A stretch of 32,000 nt of DNA, taken from positions 13,186 to 45,185 of the forward strand of contig NZ_CM001976.1 of the NCBI RefSeq assembly GCF_000406145.1, in the 5' to 3' direction. The notes under the pieces are model-generated. The model was not told the origin of the DNA and did no database searches. It was given only the letters and a program-made list of their open reading frames with translations. Shown here one piece after another: positions 19,283 through 30,965 of the stretch. The position numbers and the translations under genes are program-made. The DNA is from Dickeya dadantii NCPPB 898. Lineage in GTDB: Bacteria > Pseudomonadota > Gammaproteobacteria > Enterobacterales > Enterobacteriaceae. Every line of letters starts with the position of its first letter. The stretch's first letter is position 1.

Positions 19283-21025
19283 TTAAGGCTGTGCGGCTGG
19301 CGCTGCGGGTGCCGGCGGCGGAGTCGACGTGGCTGGCGCGCTGTCTGCCGTCGTTCCCTGATGCATTGCCTGGCTGATGGCGTGCCCGGCGCTGTCAATG
19401 CCTTGCAGCGTACCGTTGAGCGTCGGTCTAAGCGGGCTTGCCGCTTCCAGCCGGCCGTTCAGGTGTAACTGCAGGTTGGTGTTGCCGGTGGGCGTGGTTG
19501 CCGGTACAGGCCAGCCCCAGCGGGTCAGGACATCGAACGCCACTGCTTTGCCGGTCAAATCCAGCGTAAAGGCCCTGGCGGGCTGCTGCGCAATCACCGC
19601 TTTGGCCTCCAGCAAACCACTCTGGGTAAACGCGCTCAGGTCCGTCAGAGTGATCTGGTTGTCGTTGGCGTTCAGCGCCAGCGACGGACGGCGAACATCG
19701 ACCTTGTTGAAGGTGGCGTCACTGGCGTTCAGGGTCAGCGCGCCTTGCCACACGCCCCACTGGTGGTTGCGCGCCAGCAACAGATTGCTGCCGACGCCAT
19801 CCAGCGCGGTAAGCTGGAAGGGAAACGCCGGGTTGATGTCAATCAGCAGGTTATGATTGGCGGTGAATTTCCGCAGTTCCACTTCCGCCAGCCAGTCGGG
19901 CAATGTTTGCTGCCAGCGTTGGCGCCAGTCTGCCGGCAGCGTGTATTCCATGCCGGCCACCACCAGCTCATCCAGCGTCAGCCGCTGGTTGCTGCGCTGC
20001 CAGTTGCCGCTGGTACGCAGCAGACCGCCTTCCCAACGGGTAGAGAACTGTTTGATATTCACGCCCTGTTTCGACAAATCCAGACTGACGATTGGGTCGA
20101 CCAGGTGCATGTTGCCGTTGACGATATCGGTGGCGTTGAATGACAGCGAACCGTCGTCGCTCTGCCAGTCATTCTGCCGGAAGGTCACGTTTTGCAGGGT
20201 GACGTCCAGATCGGTGAACGCCCAGTTTTGCCCTTCGATACGGGCATCGATCAGATCAAAGCGATTGACGGTTACCGCCGGCAAGCGAGTCACCGGTTGC
20301 CAGAAATCCGCCATCGACTGCCGGGTTTGCAACCGGACATTGCTCAGCCGCAGGTTATTGACAAGCCAACTGCCGTCTTCCGCGCGGGAAGCGTTGCCCG
20401 TTAGCTCGCCTCGCGCCACATCGGCGCCGAAGTTTTCCAGCGTCAGCTGCTGATTATTGAACTGCCCTTGCACCAATACCTTGCTGGCCGGCAGGTCGTT
20501 GAGGAGCAGCGAGTGCGCGCTGAGCTGGAACGCCGCCTTTTTACCCAGCAGATAGCCGGGTTCCGGCTGCCACGGCGTAATCCCGCCCGTCACCTGTTCG
20601 CCTCTCAATCGCCAGTCGCCGTCCTGCGCATGCAGCGCCATGGCTTTCAGTTGCAGAACATCGGCTTCAATCGGCAACGTAAAGCCGGTCTGGCCCAGAT
20701 TGAGGGTGCCGCCTTCCAGCATCAGGCTGGAAAAATGGCGCGGCTCGGTAATCTGGCGCACGCTGAATCCCATAGCTACGCTTTGTGCGACCAGTGTAAC
20801 GGGTTGATCTTTATGACCGAAACTGACGTCCAACAATTGAATGCGCCCGGGGGAGGACCAGTCATGCGCCATTTTTCTGAATGACACCTGGTATTCGGTG
20901 CGTTGATTAACCCACTGACTGATATGTCTGGCGCCCCATTCAGTCTGGGCTAGTACATACAGCACCACTACAGCCAGCAGCGCCAGTAACAGCAGTGTGA
21001 GAAGAAGTTTCCCGATAAGTTTCAT
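19283..21025 (-). CDS. yicH: AsmA-family inner-membrane-anchored protein (YicH-like)
   Basis: The 580-aa product has the N-terminal anchor MKLIGKLLLTLLLLALLAVVVLYVLA followed by a long beta-rich domain. Its size matches E. coli YicH (about 569 aa) and it is adjacent to xanP, as yicH is. The assignment rests on size, topology and context; I cannot align it residue by residue from memory. Confidence 0.75.
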   Translation of the reverse strand: MKLIGKLLLTLLLLALLAVVVLYVLAQTEWGARHISQWVNQRTEYQVSFRKMAHDWSSPGRIQLLDVSFGHKDQPVTLVAQSVAMGFSVRQITEPRHFSSLMLEGGTLNLGQTGFTLPIEADVLQLKAMALHAQDGDWRLRGEQVTGGITPWQPEPGYLLGKKAAFQLSAHSLLLNDLPASKVLVQGQFNNQQLTLENFGADVARGELTGNASRAEDGSWLVNNLRLSNVRLQTRQSMADFWQPVTRLPAVTVNRFDLIDARIEGQNWAFTDLDVTLQNVTFRQNDWQSDDGSLSFNATDIVNGNMHLVDPIVSLDLSKQGVNIKQFSTRWEGGLLRTSGNWQRSNQRLTLDELVVAGMEYTLPADWRQRWQQTLPDWLAEVELRKFTANHNLLIDINPAFPFQLTALDGVGSNLLLARNHQWGVWQGALTLNASDATFNKVDVRRPSLALNANDNQITLTDLSAFTQSGLLEAKAVIAQQPARAFTLDLTGKAVAFDVLTRWGWPVPATTPTGNTNLQLHLNGRLEAASPLRPTLNGTLQGIDSAGHAISQAMHQGTTADSAPATSTPPPAPAAPAAQP

Positions 21026-21112
21026 TGCTTAAGTCCGCGCCAGTCGCAAGGGATGAACGTGTTATGCCGTAATTATTCAATCGTCTCAACAGGTAACTTA
21101 TTACAGACAATA

Positions 21113-21146
21113 AATAAGGGCCGATGTTACACCATCGGCCCTTATT
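21113..21146 (-). terminator. xanP terminator
   Basis: A perfect 14-bp inverted repeat, AATAAGGGCCGATG (21113-21126) and CATCGGCCCTTATT (21133-21146), has a 6-nt loop. It is followed on the minus strand by a T-rich tract and lies 35 nt after the xanP stop. Confidence 0.7.
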
Positions 21147-21180
21147 ATCACGTAAGACGAAAAATTTCTGGAAGCGCGGC

Positions 21181-22569
21181 TTACTCTTTTTCCTGAGGAA
21201 AGACCAGATTCAACACGATCGCTGTGATACCGCCCGCAGCAATACCCGACGACAGCAACGTTTTCAGCCATTCCGGCGCGAACTGCAGAATCAGCGGCTG
21301 CTGGGAGACGCCCAGACCGACGGCCAGCGACAGCGCGATGATCATGATGGCGCGACGGTTGAGCGGTTCGCGGGACACAATGCGCACCCCGGATGCGGCG
21401 ATGGTGCCGAACATCACGATGGTCGCGCCGCCCAGCACCGGCTCAGGAATGTGCTGTACAAAACCGCTTACCGCCGGGAACAAGCCCAACACGATCAGCA
21501 TCAGCGCCACCACGAAACCTACATACCGACTGGCAACACCGGTCAGCTGAATCACGCCATTATTCTGGCCGAAGCAGGAGTTGGGGAAGGTATTGAACAC
21601 CGCAGACAGGCAGGAGTTCAGGCCGTTAGCCAGCACGCCGCCTTTCAGACGCTTCATGTACAGCGGGCCGCTGACCGGCTGTTCAGACACGTCGGAAGTG
21701 GCGGTGATGTCGCCGATGGTTTCCAGCGAGGTCACCATGAACACCAGCATCAGCGGGATCAGCAGATTCCAGTCAAAGCCAAGGCCGTAGTACAGCGGGG
21801 TCGGCACGTTAATCAGCGCATGGCTGGACGTCCCGGCGCTTTCCGGCAGCATGCCCATCAGCCAGGCGGCCAGATAACCGACGGCCATGGCGATCACCAG
21901 TGATGCTACGCGCAGGTAAGGGTTGCGTTGGCGGTTCAGGATGATGATCACCGCGAGCACGATGGCCGCCAGCAGCAGGTTCTTCGGCGCGCCGAAGGTG
22001 TGGTTGCTCATGGCGGCAAAGCCGCCGCCGATCGAGGTCAGGCCAACCTGAATCAGCGACAGGCCGATAATCATAACGACGATGCCGGAAACCAGCGGCG
22101 TGATGATGCGGCGCGCCAGATGCAACACACGCGACAGCAGGATTTCCGTGCAGGACGCAACCATCAGAGTGCCGAACAGCGCCGCCATCATCGTCGGCAC
22201 ATCCGCGCCGCCGTTTTTCAACGCCATGCCGCCCATGATCAGCGGGGTGACGAAGTTGAAGCTGGTGCCCTGAATGGACAACAGGCCGGAACCGACCGGC
22301 CCCCAGGTCTTGATTTGCAGAATGGACGCCAGGCCGGAAGCGAACAGCGACATGCTGATGATGTGCTGGGTATCCTGCGCCGGCAGGCCCAATGCCTGAC
22401 AAATCAGCAGCGCCGGGGTAATCACCGCGACAAACATCGCCAGTAGGTGCTGGCAGGCGGCAAACAGGGTTTGCGGTAAAGGAGGCCGGTCCTCCAGACG
22501 GTAAATCAGCTCGCTGTTCGCCGGGGTGGCGGCATCGGCCTGAGGTAGCTCAGTGGTGGAAAGACTCAT
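21181..22569 (-). CDS. xanP: Xanthine:H+ symporter (NCS2/NAT family) XanP/YicE
   Basis: The 462-aa product contains ..[81 protein letters not shown].. It is near-identical to E. coli XanP. Confidence 0.93.
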   Translation of the reverse strand: MSLSTTELPQADAATPANSELIYRLEDRPPLPQTLFAACQHLLAMFVAVITPALLICQALGLPAQDTQHIISMSLFASGLASILQIKTWGPVGSGLLSIQGTSFNFVTPLIMGGMALKNGGADVPTMMAALFGTLMVASCTEILLSRVLHLARRIITPLVSGIVVMIIGLSLIQVGLTSIGGGFAAMSNHTFGAPKNLLLAAIVLAVIIILNRQRNPYLRVASLVIAMAVGYLAAWLMGMLPESAGTSSHALINVPTPLYYGLGFDWNLLIPLMLVFMVTSLETIGDITATSDVSEQPVSGPLYMKRLKGGVLANGLNSCLSAVFNTFPNSCFGQNNGVIQLTGVASRYVGFVVALMLIVLGLFPAVSGFVQHIPEPVLGGATIVMFGTIAASGVRIVSREPLNRRAIMIIALSLAVGLGVSQQPLILQFAPEWLKTLLSSGIAAGGITAIVLNLVFPQEKE

Positions 22570-22602
22570 GATATTGCGGCGCTCCTGAACGGCAAAAAGC
22601 GC

Positions 22603-22640
22603 ATTTTAATCATCTTCTCTGTAAAAGCAATCGATTGCGG
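22603..22640 (-). promoter_or_regulatory. Putative xanP sigma70 promoter with overlapping LacI/PurR-type operator
   Basis: On the minus strand, -35 TTGCTT (22630-22625) and -10 TAAAAT (22608-22603) are separated by 16 nt. The perfect 12-bp palindrome GCAATCGATTGC (22627-22638) overlaps the -35. The 16-mer AAGCAATCGATTGCGG matches the PurR box ACGCAAACGTTTGCGT at 12 of 16 positions. Confidence 0.35.
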
Positions 22641-22748
22641 AATGTGGTTTTCTTATCACCGGAATATGCCGGCGCATAATACCTTGTTAACTATGGGGAT
22701 AAATGCAGGCCTGAAGCGAGGCGACAGAAAACGGCGCCGGAACCGCCC

Positions 22749-24830
22749 TCAGGCGTTGGTATAACGGGTACGTTCCGGCAACCAGCGGTCGATCAGCGCT
22801 CTGGCGTGCTCCGGGTAGTGTTCATGGAGATGACGCGACACCCGCTGAACCTGCGGAATCAACGCCTGGTCCCGCAACAAATCCGCCACCCTGAAGGCGG
22901 CGTTGCCGGTCTGACGGGTACCCAGCAGTTCGCCCGGCCCCCGGATTTCCAGATCGCGCTGGGCGATCACGAAGCCGTCGTTGCTGTCGCGTAGGACCTG
23001 CAGTCGCATCTGAGCCGTTTTGCTCAGCGGCGATTTGTACAGCAGCACGCAGTGGGATGCGACCGCGCCGCGGCCGACACGGCCACGCAGCTGATGCAGC
23101 TGCGCCAGCCCCAGCCGCTCCGGATTTTCGATGATCATCAGGCTGGCGTTCGGCACATCCACCCCGACTTCAATCACCGTAGTGGCGACCAGCAGGTGCA
23201 ACTGATTGGTTTTGAACGCTGCCATGACGGCCTGCTTTTCCTGTGCTTTCATGCGACCGTGCACCAGCCCGATCGTGAGGTCGGGCAACGCCGCTTTCAG
23301 TTCCTGGCAGGTGGCTTCGGCCGCCTGTGCTTCCAGCAGCTCGGATTCTTCGATCAGGGTGCAGACCCAGTAGGCCTGCCGTCCTTCCTGCAGACAGGCG
23401 TTGCGTACCCGCTGGATGATGTCATCGCGCCGGGTATCCGGAATCGCGACGGTGGTAACCGGCGTGCGACCCGGCGGCAGTTCATCGATTACCGAAGTGT
23501 CCAGGTCGGCATAAGCAGTCATCGCCAGCGTACGGGGGATGGGGGTGGCGGTCATGATCAACTGGTGAGGGTGGAACCCCTGTTCTTCGCCTTTTTCCCA
23601 CAACGCCAGCCGCTGATGCACGCCAAAGCGATGTTGTTCGTCGATAATCACCAGCGCCAGACCGTTGAACTGCACCTGTTGCTGAAAAATGGCATGAGTG
23701 CCAACCACCATTGATACCTGCCCGCTGGCGATAGCCTCCTGCTGCGCTTGCCGCGCCTTGCCTTTTTGCTTGCCCGCCAGCCAGCCGACTTCGACGCCCA
23801 GCGGCTCGAACCAGCGGCGGAAGTTGGCGGCGTGCTGCTCGGCCAGCAGTTCGGTGGGCGCCATCAGCGCGACCTGTTTGCCGTGAGCGATGGCCTGCAA
23901 CGCCGCCATCGCCGCCACCAGCGTTTTACCGGAACCTACATCGCCCTGCACCAGACGCATCATCGGAAACGGCTTGTTCATATCCTGTTCGATTTCCGCC
24001 ACCACCCGCTGTTGCGCACCGGTAGGGCTGAACGGCAGGGCGGCCAGCAGCTGCTGTTTTAGGTTATCTTTGGGTCCAAGCGCCAGCGCCCGGTGGCGTT
24101 GCGCGCCTGCCCGTACCGCCAGCATGCTCAGGTGGTGTGCCAGCAGCTCTTCCATTACCAGCCGTTGCTGCGCCGGATGCTTGCCTTGCTCCAGCTCAGT
24201 CAGTTGTACATCCGGCGGCGGACGGTGCAGGGTTCGCAACGCATCCGGCAGGCTGATCAACCCGTGGCGCATCTCCTGAGGCAGCAGTTCGTCAATCGGG
24301 TGGGTATTCAGCAGTTCCAGCGCCTGATCGGTCAGTTTGCGCAGCGTAGCCTGCCGGATGCCTTCGGTGGTGGGGTACACCGGCGTCAGCGTTTCCTGCA
24401 GTTCAACCGTGGCGCTTTCGCCCTGCACCCGGTATTCCGGATGGATCATTTCACCGCCCAGCTTACCGCGCCTTACCTCACCATACGCCAGCACGCGCTG
24501 GCCCGGCGACAGGCTGTTTTTCATGGCGGCGTTGAAATTAAAGAAGCGTAGCGTCAGCATACCGCTGCCGTCGCTGATCTGGCAGGTCAGCATCCGGCGG
24601 CGACCGAAGGTGATATCGCTACGCAGCACTTCGCCTTCTACGGTAGCGTACATGCCCGGCAGCACATCGTTAATCAGGTAAAGGTGGGTGCGGTCTTCGT
24701 AACGCAACGGCAGATGCAACAGCAGATCCTGTACCGTTTCCAGACCGAGACGGGCCAGTTTTTCCGCCTGGCTGGCCCCGACGCCGGCAAGGGTGCTCAA
24801 CGGCTGGGTATGCAGCAGGCGGCTGTCCAT
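22749..24830 (-). CDS. recG: ATP-dependent DNA helicase RecG
   Basis: The 693-aa product from the ATG at 24830 reads MDSRLLHTQPLSTLAGVG..LLLHLPLRYEDRTHLY..GDVGSGKTLVA..DEQHRFGV..TATPIPRTLA..QLHQLRGRVGRG. It is colinear with E. coli RecG. Its start overlaps the trmH stop (TAATG). Confidence 0.96.
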   Translation of the reverse strand: MDSRLLHTQPLSTLAGVGASQAEKLARLGLETVQDLLLHLPLRYEDRTHLYLINDVLPGMYATVEGEVLRSDITFGRRRMLTCQISDGSGMLTLRFFNFNAAMKNSLSPGQRVLAYGEVRRGKLGGEMIHPEYRVQGESATVELQETLTPVYPTTEGIRQATLRKLTDQALELLNTHPIDELLPQEMRHGLISLPDALRTLHRPPPDVQLTELEQGKHPAQQRLVMEELLAHHLSMLAVRAGAQRHRALALGPKDNLKQQLLAALPFSPTGAQQRVVAEIEQDMNKPFPMMRLVQGDVGSGKTLVAAMAALQAIAHGKQVALMAPTELLAEQHAANFRRWFEPLGVEVGWLAGKQKGKARQAQQEAIASGQVSMVVGTHAIFQQQVQFNGLALVIIDEQHRFGVHQRLALWEKGEEQGFHPHQLIMTATPIPRTLAMTAYADLDTSVIDELPPGRTPVTTVAIPDTRRDDIIQRVRNACLQEGRQAYWVCTLIEESELLEAQAAEATCQELKAALPDLTIGLVHGRMKAQEKQAVMAAFKTNQLHLLVATTVIEVGVDVPNASLMIIENPERLGLAQLHQLRGRVGRGAVASHCVLLYKSPLSKTAQMRLQVLRDSNDGFVIAQRDLEIRGPGELLGTRQTGNAAFRVADLLRDQALIPQVQRVSRHLHEHYPEHARALIDRWLPERTRYTNA

Positions 24831-25522
24831 TATTGCTCCGTGGATTGCATCGCCGCCCACCAGGGCGCGTCGGCAATCACCTGACCGGTATGGTCGATGA
24901 ACGGGCGCGGCAGTCCTTTGCGTCTGGCGACGCGGGCCAGTACCGGGTAGCCGCCCTCAAACAGCAGGCGCTGCTGTTCTTCCTCATCCAGAGGGCTGCA
25001 TTCGCGTTGGTACATTCCGGCCAGCTGACGCTGACGTTGCGCTTCGTACAGAATCAAGGCGGAAGCCACCGAGACGTTCAGGGATTGCACCATGCCGACC
25101 ATCGGAATGATGATGTCCTGATCGGCGAGCGCCAGCGCCTCGGCGGTGATGCCGGTTTTTTCCTGCCCGAGCAGGACGCAGGTAGGACGAGTGTAGTCCA
25201 CTTCACGGAAATCGACCGCGCTGGCGGACAGATTGGTGGCCAGAATTTGCATCCCCTGCGTTTTCAGATGGCCGACCGCATCCTGAACGGTGCGGTGGGT
25301 TTCGACCTGTACCCAACTGTTGCTGCCCGCAGCGGTGGACACCAGGGTCCTCATGCGGTTGGTGGGCCACACGGCGTGCACCTGATGCACGCCAACCGCA
25401 TCGGCGGTACGAATAACGGCGGATACGTTGTGAGGCTTATGCACCTGCTCCATGCACACGGTCAGGTCGGGCTGACGGTTGTTAAGCATTTCGCGGATAC
25501 GCGTATAACGTTCTGGGGTCAT
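24830..25522 (-). CDS. trmH: tRNA (guanosine18-2'-O)-methyltransferase TrmH (SpoU)
   Basis: The 230-aa product reads MTPERYTRIREMLNNRQPDLTVCMEQVHKPHNVSAVIRTADAVGV..LLGQEKTGI..IPM.GMVQSLNVSVA, the SpoU family motifs. It sits in the conserved position in the spoT operon. Confidence 0.93.
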   Translation of the reverse strand: MTPERYTRIREMLNNRQPDLTVCMEQVHKPHNVSAVIRTADAVGVHQVHAVWPTNRMRTLVSTAAGSNSWVQVETHRTVQDAVGHLKTQGMQILATNLSASAVDFREVDYTRPTCVLLGQEKTGITAEALALADQDIIIPMVGMVQSLNVSVASALILYEAQRQRQLAGMYQRECSPLDEEEQQRLLFEGGYPVLARVARRKGLPRPFIDHTGQVIADAPWWAAMQSTEQ

Positions 25523-25528
25523 AACAGG

Positions 25529-27631
25529 TTAATTTCGGTTACGGTTGACTTTAATCACGTCCGGCATCACGCGGATCTTGCGCATGATATTCGCAAGATG
25601 AATACGGTCGCGCGTAGTCAGGCGGATAAAGGCGCTGTACACCCGGCCATCCCGCTCTTCGGTGTTGATACTCTGAATATTGGAATTTGATGAACTGATC
25701 GCCGCCGTCAGGTTGGCCAACGCCCCCTGATGGTTGAACATGTCGACCTTGATTTCCGTCATGAATTCCTGCTCGGTCACCTCATCCCACTCCACCGCCA
25801 TGAATTTCTCCGGCTCTTTCTGGTAGCCACGGATATTGCGGCAGGACTCATGATGAATCACCAGCCCTTTGCCGGGGCTGACGTGCGCGATGATCGGATC
25901 GCCGGGAATCGGGCGGCAACACTTGGCGAACGTGATCAGCACGCCGTCGGCGCCTTTGATGGGCAGTTTGCGGATACCGGCGGCGCCGGTTTCGGCGTGT
26001 TCTTCCAGCAGATTGCGCGCCACCACCACGCTCATAGCGTTACCCAGGCCGATTTCCGCCAGCAGATCGTCCAGCGAGGCGAGCTTCATGCGCTCCAGCT
26101 CCCGCTGAATATTCTGTTCCGGAATGTCGGACAGTTTACGGCCGCTGCCCAGCGCGTGGTTAATCAGACGGCGCCCCAGACTGATGGAATCGTCACGTTT
26201 GAGGTTTTTCAGCATCTGACGGATTTTGGCGCGGGCTTTGGAGCTGACCACGAAGTTGAGCCAGGCGGCGTTCGGGCGTGCGCCCGGCGCGGTGATGATT
26301 TCAATCGTCTGCCCGCTGGATAAGGCCTGAGACAGCGGATACGGCTGGCGGTCGACGCGAGCGCCGACGCAAGCGTGACCGATATCGGTGTGTACCGCAT
26401 AAGCGAAGTCCACCGGCGTCGCGCCGGCAGGCAGTTCGACGATGCGGCCTTCCGGCGTGAACACGTAAATTTCGTCTGGAAACAGATCGGATTTGACGCT
26501 TTCGATGAATTCGAACGAGCTGCCGGCGCTCTGCTGCAGCTCCAGCAGGCTTTGCATCCAGCGCTGGGCGCGTACCTGCGCCGTGGTGCTGCTGCTTTCG
26601 CCTTCTTTATAAGCCCAGTGCGCGGCGACCCCCATTTCCGCCATCTGGTCCATGTCCTCGGTACGGATCTGGACTTCAACAGGCACGCCGTGCGGCCCGA
26701 TGAGGGAAGTATGGAGCGACTGATAGCCGTTGGCCTTGGGAATGGCGATATAGTCTTTCACCCGACCGGGGCGCGGCTTGTACAGACTGTGTACCTGCCC
26801 CAGCACGCGATAACAGGTATCCACTTCCCGGACGATCACCCGGAAAGCATAGATATCCATAATCGAGTGAAAGCGCTGTTCTTTCAGGTGCATCTTGCAG
26901 TAAATGGAGTACAGATGCTTTTCGCGGCCACTAACGCGACAGCTGATGCCGGCTTCCTTCAGGCGCCCTTCAATCTCGGAGAGGATCTTCTGAATCATCT
27001 CCTTGCGGTTGCCGCGGGCGGCTTTCACCACCTCTTTGATGACCCGGTAGCGGTTGGGGTAGAGCGCTTCGAACCCCAGCTCTTCCAGTTCGGTTTTCAG
27101 GTGATGAATACCGAGACGGTGAGCGAGCGGGCTGTAGATTTCCAGCGTTTCCCGGGCGATGCGCCGGCGCTTGTCCGGACGCAGCGATCCCAGCGTACGC
27201 ATATTGTGGGTGCGGTCGGCCAGTTTGATCAGAATGACGCGGATATCCTGCACCATCGCCATGATCATCTTGCGGAAGTTTTCCGCCTGCGCCTCTTTCT
27301 TGTCGCGGAATTTCAGCTTATCCAGCTTGGATACGCCTTCCACCAGTTCGGCCACGCTTTTGCCGAACAGCTGCTCCATATCCTGGTAGGTAGCGGGCGT
27401 ATCTTCGATGACGTCATGCAGCAAAGCGGCCATCAGCGTTTCATAGTCGAGACGCATTTCGGCCAGAATGCAGGCCACCGCCACTGGATGGGTGATATAG
27501 GGCTCACCGCTGGAGCGTGTCTGACCCTCGTGAGCATCACGTGCAACAAGATAAGCCTGCTTGAGGCGCTTTATCTGGTCTTCCGGCAGATAACGCTGAA
27601 TCAGCAGATTGAGGCTTTCAAACAGATACAA
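25529..27631 (-). CDS. spoT: Bifunctional (p)ppGpp synthetase II / pyrophosphohydrolase SpoT
   Basis: The 700-aa product begins (TTG)YLFESLNLLIQRYLPEDQIKRLKQAYLVARDAHEGQTRSSGEPYITHPVAVA..HDVIEDT. It is near-identical to E. coli SpoT and has a TTG start at 27631, as in E. coli. Confidence 0.96.
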   Translation of the reverse strand: MYLFESLNLLIQRYLPEDQIKRLKQAYLVARDAHEGQTRSSGEPYITHPVAVACILAEMRLDYETLMAALLHDVIEDTPATYQDMEQLFGKSVAELVEGVSKLDKLKFRDKKEAQAENFRKMIMAMVQDIRVILIKLADRTHNMRTLGSLRPDKRRRIARETLEIYSPLAHRLGIHHLKTELEELGFEALYPNRYRVIKEVVKAARGNRKEMIQKILSEIEGRLKEAGISCRVSGREKHLYSIYCKMHLKEQRFHSIMDIYAFRVIVREVDTCYRVLGQVHSLYKPRPGRVKDYIAIPKANGYQSLHTSLIGPHGVPVEVQIRTEDMDQMAEMGVAAHWAYKEGESSSTTAQVRAQRWMQSLLELQQSAGSSFEFIESVKSDLFPDEIYVFTPEGRIVELPAGATPVDFAYAVHTDIGHACVGARVDRQPYPLSQALSSGQTIEIITAPGARPNAAWLNFVVSSKARAKIRQMLKNLKRDDSISLGRRLINHALGSGRKLSDIPEQNIQRELERMKLASLDDLLAEIGLGNAMSVVVARNLLEEHAETGAAGIRKLPIKGADGVLITFAKCCRPIPGDPIIAHVSPGKGLVIHHESCRNIRGYQKEPEKFMAVEWDEVTEQEFMTEIKVDMFNHQGALANLTAAISSSNSNIQSINTEERDGRVYSAFIRLTTRDRIHLANIMRKIRVMPDVIKVNRNRN

Positions 27632-27655
27632 GGGCGACTCGCGACCGAATTCGAA

Positions 27656-27931
27656 TTAACGACGACCTTCAGCGATAGCGGTAACCGCCTGAATTTCCGC
27701 TGCTTCCTGCTCCTGCTGTTCCTGGCGTTCGCGGGTATCCAGAATCTGGCCGTTGATCAGGCCTTCTTCGATCTCGCGCAGAGCGATAACGGTGTACTTG
27801 TCGTTTTCTTCCGGAACCAGCGGCTCTTTGCCACCCACCTGGATCTGACGGGCGCGACGAGCGGCGACCAACACCAGGTCAAAACGGTTACCAATTTTTT
27901 CTACAGCGTCCTGAACAGTTACGCGTGCCAT
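27656..27931 (-). CDS. rpoZ: RNA polymerase omega subunit
   Basis: The 91-aa product reads [62 protein letters not shown]. It is near-identical to E. coli RpoZ. Confidence 0.97.
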   Translation of the reverse strand: MARVTVQDAVEKIGNRFDLVLVAARRARQIQVGGKEPLVPEENDKYTVIALREIEEGLINGQILDTRERQEQQEQEAAEIQAVTAIAEGRR

Positions 27932-27985
27932 AGTGTGTACTCCAGTGGGGAAATAAAATGACTGGGCATCATACTGAAAGTGCCG

Positions 27986-28777
<792 letters not shown>

Positions 28778-28870
28778 TTATAGCGGTTGCTGCAACCGGC
28801 GCGATGCCGTGCGGCATGCTTCGCATTCCCTTGCCTTCGTGCTCGTATTTCCTGACCGCCTGCGTATTAA

Positions 28871-30598
<1,728 letters not shown>

Positions 30599-30901
30599 CG
30601 GGAATAATTGGTCTGACGGGAAATATGAATATTCTTTATGTAATAACCAGAGTGATGAATTAAACGGAAAAAATAGTCAAAATAACAAGCAGGAAAATAG
30701 CAATAATCCGGAAAACCAGTTCGGCTGGTATTTAAAAGAAAAGGGTATCTAAAAACGTTTCTGTCTTGTTTTTCCGTGCGATTCACTTATTAGCCGAAAA
30801 GATAAGCTGATTGTTTATAAGGGCGTTAAACTGCCGGCGTAAGGTTTTTTCAGGAAAAGGGCGAATGGCATAAGAAAAAACCGGAATACGCTGATGGCAC
30901 C

Positions 30902-30929
30902 TGAACTTTCGAACATATCATCGGTCTGT
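30902..30929 (+). promoter_or_regulatory. Putative sigmaE (RpoE)-type promoter of eptB
   Basis: TGAACTT (30902-30908), a 16-nt spacer and TCTGT (30925-30929) fit the sigmaE consensus GGAACTT-N16-TCTGA. For comparison, degP is GGAACTT-N16-TCTGA. It lies about 37 nt upstream of the eptB ATG, and E. coli eptB is reported as sigmaE-dependent. Confidence 0.45.
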
Positions 30930-30965
30930 TTACAGGATATTTTTACCTCTGGAGCACGGTCTGTA

